Assembly (NCBI GenBank): GCA_002269645.1
Contig: NIVC01004076.1
Coordinates: 1-61,706 of the forward strand
Direction: 5' to 3'
From: Macrostomum lignano
Lineage: Eukaryota
Length of the DNA stretch: 61,706 nucleotides
Part shown: positions 1 to 9,081 of the stretch, piece after piece
Layout: the number at the start of each line of letters is the position of its first letter
How positions within the stretch are numbered: the first letter of the stretch is position 1
Notes under the pieces: generated by a model
What the model saw: only the letters and a program-made list of their open reading frames with translations
Told to the model about the DNA's origin: nothing
Database searches by the model: none
Made by a program: the position numbers and the translations under genes

Positions 1-44
1 GGTGGCGTTTCAGCAGCATCAATAGACGTGCTAGAAGTAATTAA

Positions 45-360
45 TATGATAATAATAATTGATTAGACCTATCTAATTGGGCAGATGTGCAACCGACAGC
101 TCAGCCGCAGCTACTGTGCGGCACATCTGAAGGCTGCGTACGGCTGTTCAGTCCAAGGACTGGGGGGTCGCCACACACAGCCTCAATTACCCCAGCTAGC
201 TAATGCTGGCGCCCATTTTACAGCTGGGTGAACTGAAGCAATGCGGAGTCAAGCGTCTTCCTGAAGGACACATATTGTTCCGAGTGGGTCGAGAATCGAA
301 CCCCCGATTCCAGTCCTACCAATCGTGAGTCCGACGCTCCAACCACTAGACTACAACCCC
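45..360 (-). mobile_element. tRNA-derived SINE with CORE-like central domain
   Basis: Minus strand starts GGGGTTGTAGTCTAGTGG (A box), then GGTTCGATTC (B box), then GTGTCCTTCAGGAAGACGCTTGACTCCGCATTGCTTCAGTTCACCCAGCTGTAAAATGGG, which resembles the MIR/CORE-SINE core (...CTGTAAAATGGG). It ends in a TTA-rich tail. The 3' boundary is approximate. Confidence 0.7.
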
Positions 361-1502
361 AAATTACAGGAAGCAATTAGAATACTCAATGAGTCGCTGA
401 AAGGCGAATGCGTACTAAAGGTGAGAGACTGCTAGGCCGTAACCCCAAACCCAACAGCCAGCCAAAAGATAGCGACCGGGGGTGGCCTAAGCCCTTACCG
501 GCCCAACGCTAGCAACCGAGAAGCTCCCCAGCTAAGAGCCCCGCTTGTAGAAACCAGAAGCCGAACCAAAGGTCCACCAGCGCGGTGCTACTCTGGGCCC
601 TCGAGGGAGACAAGAGGGCTGTCTCCGGAGACTGGGGACTGGTCGCATACCCTGTTAGGTCAGAGGGTGATAACTGTTTCTTAGAGCCGTAACCAGATGT
701 GCCTCATAGGCACAAATTCCCTTCCGGGCAAAGCCGGTACCCAAAACGGCCAAGCCAAGGCCACGGATGGGTTGCCGCCGTCAATCCAGCAGCCCTAGAG
801 CTGCCTTGAACACATGCTGTTCTGGAGTTCCATTTCTATATAATTTAGGGGTTTTTCTTGTTGTCTACTCGTAATTGTACATGCATTTTATCTCTTTAAT
901 GTACATGAGCCATCCGCTCTCTCTTCTGCTTAACCCACCCCACGTTAAATCTCGTAAAAAGGCACGATATTTTGATTAAGTGCATTTTAGGTGTTTTTTA
1001 TGCCTGCGCGAGATCGCAGGATTGGTGAAGGCAAAACCTTTTAAACATCCGATTTTTCTTTGTTTATTTTTTGTTCTGAAAATATTATTCGATTGAACAT
1101 GTGGGATGGGAACGCCTGGGTCAACTTGTGGGTCAGCTTAGAGAGAGTTCTCCCGCCATTCCTGCACGAATGGAGAGGAGTGGGAACGAGATAAAAGAGG
1201 AAAGTAGATTAAAAAGAAAAGAGCTGAGAAGAGGCACCAGCCTTGAGCAGACGGTATAGAGGATTCAAGCACCGGATACAGAGACTTTGCGGTCGGATGT
1301 TTGGCGACCCCTGATTAAAATAGACAAACGCTGCACACGCAATTCGCACAATTCGTTTTAAGCTTTCTCTGCTGCATTCGCGAGATATATGATATTCACA
1401 CGTTTTCTAGCTCCAAGCTTCCAAAATTTCCCCTCTGGACTTCCGAATTTCAAATTCAATTTAAATCAATTCAATTTTCTCCTTTGCGACATAAATTTTC
1501 AG

Positions 1503-2248
1503 TGCCAACCTCGGGTTCAAAACAACATGGAACGCCGGTGACCTACACGCCCCCTGTGGACAATGCCTGCTATCGGTTCGAAGCGCGTGGCGCCAAAGGA
1601 GGTTCCGGAAGCGCAGCTGGTGGAAATGGGGCTATAAAAATTGCCCACTTTATCCTGAACAGCTCTCAGACGTTGACTATTGTTGTCGGAAAACCCGGAA
1701 ACAATGGCGATGGCGGCGGCGGAGGCGGCACTTTCGTCTACACGAGTGGCGGCAGTCCCGTCCTGCTGCTGGCGGCTGGAGGAGGAGGCGGTGGAGGAGG
1801 CGTCAGTTCGGCTACAGGCAGCCCTGGAATCAGTTCGACCGGCGGCTGCTCCGGATTGGCCAATCAAAACGCGGGAAGCAACCCGTCCGAAATTAACTGT
1901 GGCGCCGGCGGTGCAGGATGGCAATCACCTGGGACTCCACCTGGGGGCAGCCATTGTGGCTCAGTTGGAAGTAACTTGGCAGGAGGTGATGGCGGATCAG
2001 GCGGCGGCTTTGGTGGCTACGGTGGTGGAGGCGGTGGAGGCCGATCAATGGGACCAAATAAGGCCGGAGGCGGCGGTGGCGGTGGCTACTGCGGCGGCTC
2101 CGGCGGGGCGCAAGACAATCCGGGTGGCGGCGGCTCAAGCTATGCAGCTGCTTCAGCCAAGCAAGTTTCAGGAACGGATGGAGACAACACCGAAGCTGAT
2201 GGCAAGGTAGAAATATCTATTGTGAATGGCTCCTTCTGCACACCGTGA
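1503..2248 (+). CDS. Terminal exon encoding an ALK/LTK-type glycine-rich domain (Gly_rich_2-like)
   Basis: Motifs YRFEARGAKGG, GGNGA...F.L....TLTIVVGKPG, GGGGGTFV, LLLAAGGGGG, GGGGGYCGG, GGGGSSY and DGKVEI match the ALK/LTK Gly-rich domain layout. There is no in-frame ATG near the start. A pyrimidine tract plus TTTTCAG acceptor ends at 1502 (phase 1), so the upstream exon is unidentified. Confidence 0.75.
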
Positions 2249-4490
2249 TCACCCGATAGAAACGCTACCGTGTCAAGGATCACAAAACACATAAAATTCT
2301 AGTAACTTTGTGGCGACTCTTGTAAACTTTAACGACTCAAATGACTGTAATTCGACGTAGAGGCGAATGTGAATTCAGAAACGTGTCAAGTGAGTTGTAG
2401 CTTCTTAAGAGTCGCAAAAGAGTCGTCCATGAGTCAATTTTAACAATAAACGCTGTTGGAATGATAAAGGCGCATATTTGAGGGAAAGAGTCAATTTTTG
2501 AAGGCAATGTTTCGTCGATAGACAGAGACGAGTTGGTTTTTACATTTGATTTTAATTGATACGTTCGTGCCAATCACGTGTATTGCAATCGTCGAGAATG
2601 CCATGTTTGCCAGAATGGGAGAAAGGCAGTTGAACTTCCTGGCAGTTTCCTGCCACATATTTGCTTGTAGTTTATTCGTTTTGCACACGGTTTCGCCTTA
2701 GAGTAAAAATACCGTATTGGTTGTAGACGCGGCTACATCTATCTGTGAACTTTTTTCTCGCTTTTATGGACAATGTTTGTGGACACGCATTTGATTCCAG
2801 CTAATCCACTCACACTTACAGGCAACTCTGTTGCTTTCAAAGCAAATTTACACACTGTAGGCAGTCAGTCAGTCTCGTGGCTCTTTCCCACTATGCTTTG
2901 CTAATGGAATGCAATTAAGAAAAAGCTGCATCGTAAAAGTCTTAGTGATAGTTTTTTCCCAGAGACAGACCTGATAGACAGAGGCTCTGCGTTTGATGGA
3001 CTCGCTCGCTCAACAAGTCAACATGCCACAGGGGTTATAAAGTTATCGATGAGGACAGCCTTTATTGACCGTTTGTCAAAGCTGAAAAGGCATCCTGGAC
3101 GAGTCGCTGTGCTCGCAACACGGTCTGAAGCTTCTGAAAATTTAAAATAAATTTAGATAATTCTCCGGTGTTATACATACGCAGGTTGAAGTTCATGTAA
3201 AATTGAGTGGCGCTACTGTCCACAGCTGACTCGTGCGATCATGACTTAATGCAAATTAAAATAACGAGTTGACTTTCTAATCTGTCGGCGCCTTTTGCTC
3301 TTCCTAACTCCTTTCCTGTCTTGCTAAATATAAAAGATGTGTCGCAAATCGGACATGGACTGACGTCACTAATACTTGCGGATTAAGAAGTGTAAACTAT
3401 ACCTTATGCTCGTGTACCAACCGGCCGAGTTCTACTTCGGCAGGGTGTTCCTCGTTCTGGCGCTGACGTCGGGCACGGTGGCCATCTGCGTGCTGCTGGC
3501 CTGGAACAACAGGACCGCTCGGCGAATGCACTCCGACACGGCCGGTGTTAGGGTTTCTGCTCTCCGGAGTTAAGGATCTCCGGCCCGGCGATCCAACCAA
3601 AAAAATTACGCGATTTTACAATCGCCCTCACGGATATCAGGAACCATGACATAAGATAAGGTTACAGATCGCCGCCATGCTAGACTCTCCGGAGTATTAT
3701 TATCTTAGAAAATTGGAAGATAAGAGATAAATTATTCATTTCTTTCTAGAATGTGATTCTAATTAGAAAGCCCAGCTCGTGAGCAGCCTATAGCTTGCGC
3801 AACTTTTTCGATGAGTTCATCCATCTAGTGCATCGTACATTTGCATGCCCTGTGAGGGCTAAATTTAGAGTTGGCCAGACTTGTGCATCATTTTTCGTCT
3901 CTGTGCATTTGTCGAGGGATTTGATTGTCATATATAAGCAGTGAAATAAAACATATTGTGAGTAATTGTCTGTTTGCGGTTATCTTTACTTTCTACTTGT
4001 CAAATGGCTACTTTGAATCAAATATTCTTTTATGTACTGAACAATGACTGCGCACAAATTCCTGTTGACTTGAACTCGAGAGAGAAAAGCAATTTGAAGA
4101 GGCGCATCAGGTAAAAGAGCAGAAATTTTAGCATTCACGATGGAGCATTGTTTTACATGGTGAAAAATAAAGATGGCAGTAAGCGCATGCGGCCCGAAGA
4201 CAGACGCAAGGTGCTGTTTACCGAGCAAGAAGTGCAAGTAAAGGTTTTGAGCCTTCATTCTCAAGGGAGCCATGTTGGCTTGAACAGCACCGTGAGTCTT
4301 TTCACGGCAAGGTACTATGCCGATATACCTGTAACACCGATTGCCAAAGCTGTGGTTCAGGCGTGTGCGAGGTGCGAAATGGTCAACAAGAAGTTTTCTT
4401 CAGCGCAGAAGGAGCTGCATCCCATTGAAGTTTCCAGGAATGCAGAGCGCCTCTTCGGCTTTTTGTGCATGGACTGCATCACAATGGAGG

Positions 4491-4616
4491 GCTCATCGGA
4501 AGTCAGAGTTTAAGGCAATGGCCTAATTGACACTCGCGGCTACCGCTAGTGTCGCTAGTGTAGCTACCGCCGCTCGTGTCAAAGGCCATTGCCTTAAACT
4601 CTGACTTCCGATGAGC
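4491..4616. repeat. Perfect 34-bp inverted repeat (fold-back hairpin) at the left Crypton end
   Basis: 4491-4524 GCTCATCGGAAGTCAGAGTTTAAGGCAATGGCCT is the exact reverse complement of 4583-4616. Inner pairing continues (TTGACAC/GTGTCAA, GCGGC/GCCGC). Confidence 0.95.
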
Positions 4617-4858
4617 ATCATTGCTTAAAATTTCAAAACTCTTACGTAATCTACGCACTTTATGTACACTATCGTGAATTCTTATCAGTCGATGCTGCTA
4701 AGGGGGTTTGAGATAAGGTTGCCTCCACCTCGCCTATGTCTCACCTTTAAGTCGCGCACCTGAAGTCAGCCACCCCTTACTCTGCACCCACCCCTAAATT
4801 AATTAAAAATATAAATATTTGCGTGTCTAGAGGTCAAATCTCAGATAGAGAAAAGCGG

Positions 4859-7056
4859 ATGGCTGCAGAGATGGAGGCACCGCTTATTAATTGGAAGTAT
4901 TTGCCCTGCAGTGAGCTGGGCAACGTGACCAAGGACGAATTAAATTTTGTTTCGGAGGCTTCTTACAATGACAGAAGGGACGACGAGTTCGCTAGATTCT
5001 CGAATTCATTCAAAAGGAGCCCGAGCCCGATGAGCATCTGCCGCTCCTGCAGGAAGGCGGCGTAGATATCAGCGCCATGGACATCGCCGAGATTGACAGC
5101 CTACCAGCAGACAGCAGGAAGCAGATGGACAGCGGTTCAAGACATTCCTCACAGAGGAAAATCTTCAGCGCAATTTACAAACCATTCCGAATTCGGTGCT
5201 CAACCAATACATTCGCTACTTCTACTTTAAACTGAAGAAGATTGACGGCGAACCCTACTCGCCCGCATCGCTGGTGTGCATCAGGGCTGGACTGCAGCGC
5301 TATTTGCGGATGATCGAGAAGCTAACCGTTGACATCATCAATGGAGAAGACTTTTCTTCTGCAAATAGCATGCTGCGTGTGAAGGTTCGAGACTTTCACC
5401 AGAGTGGTGGGAGGACGCAGCAGTTTGAGCCAATCGAGGAGGGGGACATGAGGAGCTGATGATCTACTTCCAAGGCAGCACAGCTGAAGTTGAGCAGGAC
5501 AAATTCTTATTCTACATCATATACAGCTTTGGCGAGCGAGGCCAGGAGCACCTCAAGTTCTTGAAGGATAGAAGCTCACTTCAATTGCACGTCGACTCTG
5601 ATGGAAAGCCGTACTACTGTCTGCCTCCGTTGCCCTCGAAAAATAAGTCAGCAGATCCAGAGAAGGCCAAGAAGCAGCCCGACAACAAGCAGGCCAGAAT
5701 TTACGACGTGGAAAAGGTGGAGAAATACCTCAAGCTGCTTCCAGTTACAACGAAGGACAACAATCTGTTTCCTCGTCCTTTGGCCAGCCGCAACGATGGA
5801 GGCCCTGTTTTCTCCTCGAAGCAGAACCGTGGAGAGAATTATCTGAGTGGCTTCATGAGAAACTTGAGTACGAAGGCGGGACTTGCGAAGACCTACCAAG
5901 GACGACTTAAGTAGAAGGACGGGAAACCTCGTTTCTTAGAAAATTTTTGAAGGCACTTTTTCCCGAAAAAATACACTGCGGAGATAGGAAATTTTCATTT
6001 TTTCAGCACAAAAATTGCTATAACTTTTGATAGGAGGCAGATCCAGTGTTGATCTTTTGATATGTTGTGCCTTTTTTATTGCTCTATCGATATTTATAAA
6101 GCTTTCCGTTCAGAAAATTAGGATTGTATGTTAATTTTTTATTCTACGTATATTTTCATGTGTCTTGTGCTTGAAATACATTAGAATGCCACGGCTCGGC
6201 TCTTTGGTTTTATGAGTCTATTTTATCCTTCTTACCTGACTGTATAGCAAATAGTCGTAACATAGATGATAAAATAGATTCATAAAACCAAATATTAGAG
6301 CTGTGTCATGCATTTTTGTGATTTTTAGATACAGGAAATATCCGTAGAATAAAAAATTAACATAGAATCCTAATTTTCTGAACGGAAAGCTTTATAAATA
6401 TCGATAGAGCAATAAAAAAGGCACAACATATCAAAAGATCAACACTGGATCTGCCTCCCATCAAAAGTTATAGCAATTTTTGTGCTGAAAAAATGAAAAT
6501 TTCCTATCTCCGCAGTGTATATTTTTTCGGGAAAAAGTGCCTTCAAAAATTTTCTAAGAAACGAGGTTTCCCGTCCTTCTACTTAAGTCGTCCTTGAGAC
6601 CTACACGAATCATTGCATTCGGTAAGACTGATAAATTAATAATAGTAACTTTAATTATGTTATGATACATGTTATGTTACCAATTACTCATGAATCCAAC
6701 TATATAAATTTGCACTCTAAAACAGGGTCACGCGAATATGCGATCTCGAGGCGGCAGGGCACAGAATGAGCGATATAATGAGCATTACTGGACAGCTGAG
6801 CGAGCGAGCGACTAGGAGGTACCTAGCCAAGCGTCGCGACCGGTCGCTTCAAAAGACGAGTGAGTCTGTTCAAGTGGCATTGAATCGTCATGATCTAGAG
6901 CAAGAAGCTGGGCCACCCGAACATGCTGATGCTGTTGAGATCGTCGGTGAGACTGTAGTATCGACGGAGGTTAGTGTTAGCACTGAAGCTGCCTATTCTG
7001 TTGATACGAAGTTTGCCTTCAACAATTGCACCTTTCACGGATGTTCCTTTAATTAG
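4859..7056 (+). pseudogene. Crypton tyrosine recombinase (DUF3504 / ZMYM-QRICH1-KCTD1-related), frameshifted and MITE-interrupted
   Basis: Contains LNQYIRYFY..KKIDGEPYSPASL...AGLQRYL, FGERGQE (catalytic R) and SKNK. After MITE removal the sequence reads KTY-TNHCIR. Intron 6622-6725 then gives RVTRICDLEAAG...IMSITGQ.S..ATRRY (Y present) and a C-terminal FNNCTFHGCSFN. Frameshifts occur near 5040-5100 and at 5455. Confidence 0.85.
5897..6596. mobile_element. 700-bp non-autonomous long-TIR element (MITE), possibly P-superfamily
   Basis: TIRs of about 250 bp start CAAGGACGACTTAAG and have few mismatches. The 8-bp TSD AGACCTAC lies at 5889-5896 and 6597-6604. CANRG termini with 8-bp TSD fit the P superfamily, but the family call is tentative. 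Confidence 0.9.
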
Positions 7057-8779
7057 GCATGCAATCTTTACTTCTACAGGAATCAGCAAATTGTACTCGT
7101 AGAATTACTGAAAGAATAAGAACGACAGTCTAGTATAATATTTTTTATTTAATGACTTTTAGTACTTTGCTCGACCAGTATGATGTTCATCACCGACAAA
7201 AATTTACATGATATACTGACACTGTGCTTTTTGTACTGTCGATTTTGCAATTCCTGTGCCAGTTTAATTATTTACATCTTAAAATAAACGTTTTGAATTG
7301 ACTGATGCAAGATACGCTTTGCAAGATGCTGGATAAAAACTGGCTTGAATTAATTGGTTGCATTGAAATTGGAATTCTAGGCAATGGCCTGCCATCGCCA
7401 TGGGTCATTGCCATGAGGAGAAATTTTGGGCAATGCCGACTACCACACCAAACGGTTCGAAATATATCCTGACTGTATGCTGCAAGTTTACAAAATTTTC
7501 CATTTTTCGGGCGTTGCCGAACATCAAAGCGCTGACTATCGCAGCCGAGTTAAAAAGCATCTTCGCGCTTTTTGGCTGGCCATTTGTCATTCTCAGCGAT
7601 CAAGTACGCGAGTTTTGCAACTCTGTCTTGGACGCCCTGCTGCAGTCCGGAGGAACGAAAAGAAGAGTGACCAGTGTTTACTACCCACAGGTAACCTTAA
7701 CAGTAATGTTTTATGCTTCTGATATTATGTAGCAGTGGTGCATCATTTTTAAGTACGAGTAAATAACTAATTTTCTCCAGACAAACGGTCAGACTGAGCG
7801 CCTCAACCAAACGTGCATTAATCTACTGAGAAAGCGGTGTGATTCTGAGGAACCAACTAACTGGGATTCCATGCTGAATGATGTTCAACTCGCATACAAC
7901 AGCCGCCGACATTTGGTGACAGGCTTCTCGCCGTGCAGGTAAAATATGAAAGTAATAAAGTTTATAGAGAATCAAGTATATTTTATAAAGCATATTTCTA
8001 TACTGTAGCAGACAATGTTAGTTCATATGCCTCCATTCATCTTTAGAGCCGCCTTTGGCTTTGAGCCATTGCTAGGCGATCATGCCGCAGCACTGGCTTC
8101 GGTTCCGGAGCCGATGGAAATCAACAGGCGATTGCTTGCCAACAAGGACAAGAAGCGAGCCGCAGCGCGAAAACTAATTGCGCGTAGAATCAAGATCGCT
8201 CAAGAAAAGATGCGACCAAGGACCTTGGATGCGACAGCGTCACTTGGTTTCGGCTGCTGGAGCTCAAGAGCTAAAGCGAGGAGACAGAGTTCGGCTTCGA
8301 AATCTGCGGAGGAATGATCGAAAGGGTGGCAAGATGCGATACACCTGGAGTCAGCAGGTCTACATCGCGACGAGGTGCCTCGGTCGCAACGTATATCGAT
8401 TAGGAGGTCTCACTAGACGTGTCAATGGCAGGCATCTCAAGAAGTGCTTTCTACAAGTACAATGGTTGAGCAAATCTCCAGTTTTTTATTAGAATCGCAT
8501 GCGGGATTCTGAACTGACAGCACTCGTACGAGTATTTATCAAAGGTTTCCAGCTCGTATTTTTGCCCTGGTATGGTGCATCACAGCTGCAAAATATACTG
8601 GCTACAGTGAAACGTTAAACTACGATCTTACGGAATGTAAAATGTCTTGAAATGGAAAAAATGACTGACATTGTTAGCGATTTTTACTACCTTTTATGCT
8701 TCGATGAAAATTGTTAAACGGTTAAGAGAAGGAAACTACAACAACACTCGTTGCACGATTACGATTTCGGACTTTATAA

Positions 8780-9081
8780 AAATGGGGAGATCGGTAACCG
8801 GAGATCCTAAACCAAACCTTAGTTTTTGCACTCGTGACGGAGATCGGCAAACGGTGTAGAATCTCCGAGGGGATAACAGAATCTGGTTTTGCATCTCCGG
8901 ATAGGGAGACCTGACCATGCCCCGGAGATCCCACAACGGTTACGGATCTCCGATTGTGGAGATCCCTAACCGTTTGTATTCTCCGAAGGAGATCCTAAAC
9001 CCTTTAAGATCTCCGGTCGGAGATCCCAGCCCGTTTGCAGTCCAAAACTGACCAGAGCCCCGGAGTTTCTAAACCGTAATA
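8780..9081. repeat. Subterminal array of GGAGATC(C)/GATCTCC motifs at the Ginger right end
   Basis: About ten copies in both orientations (e.g. 8800, 8840, 8924, 8945, 8958, 8988, 9009, 9019). One GGATCTCC copy is at the left end near 3573. Confidence 0.75.

Larger units (their letters stand above)
4487..7430 (+). mobile_element. CryptonA-like tyrosine-recombinase transposon inserted in the Ginger integrase
   Basis: Flanked by the direct repeat CAATG (4482-4486, 7431-7435). Removing it restores the integrase frame I-T-M-P-T-T. It encodes a DUF3504/CryptonA-like recombinase, has a TATA-like TATAAATA at 4810 and an AATAAA near 7284. Confidence 0.85.
4004..8492 (+). pseudogene. Ginger transposase/integrase gene, disrupted
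   Basis: ATG at 4004, with an in-frame TAA in KRRIR*KSRNF. H2C2 zinc finger (HSQGSHVG...CARC). First D in MDCITM joins PTTTPNGSKYIL at 7436 once the insert is removed; second D in ILSDQ; E in QTERLN. GT-AG introns at 7691-7780 and 7939-8046 restore YYPQ|TNG and SPCR|AAFG. A GPY/F-like C-terminus (GDRVRL..RKGGKM..W..VY) follows a frameshift. Confidence 0.85.
3546..9081 (+). mobile_element. Ginger1-type DNA transposon (Gypsy-like integrase)
   Basis: CCGG is duplicated at 3542-3545 and 9082-9085, and the empty site is seen in the paralogue near 25455 (GACACGGCCGGCTCTGAG). Ends are imperfect inverted repeats (TGTTAGGGTTT..CTCCGG vs revcomp TATTACGGTTT..CTCCGG). It carries an intron-containing integrase with no RT, gag or LTR. 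CCGG-specific TSDs and Gypsy-type integrase are described features of Ginger1. Confidence 0.85.

Noticed and set aside
1-42. Possible upstream exon of the Gly-rich gene ending at a GTAATT donor (position 37)
   Set aside because: Phase can be made compatible, but 36 nt at the window edge is not enough evidence.
300-360. Functional tRNA genes here, at 31280-31353 and at 55067-55130
   Set aside because: A and B boxes are present, but there is no complete cloverleaf and each continues into a SINE body.
385-420. Hammerhead-ribozyme-like stretch CAATGAGTCGCTGAAAGGCGAATG
   Set aside because: It resembles stem II of known hammerheads, but both catalytic boxes are broken (no CTGANGA, no GAAA after the stem) and I cannot build stems I and III.
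380-830. Possible 5' UTR of a non-LTR retrotransposon
   Set aside because: GC-rich and repeat-like, but no ORF, terminus or second copy in the window supports it.
1517-2210. Overlapping alternate-frame ORFs on the Gly-rich exon and on the GPCR, C1QBP and VPS39 exons
   Set aside because: They are shadows of GC-rich coding sequence with no recognisable motifs.
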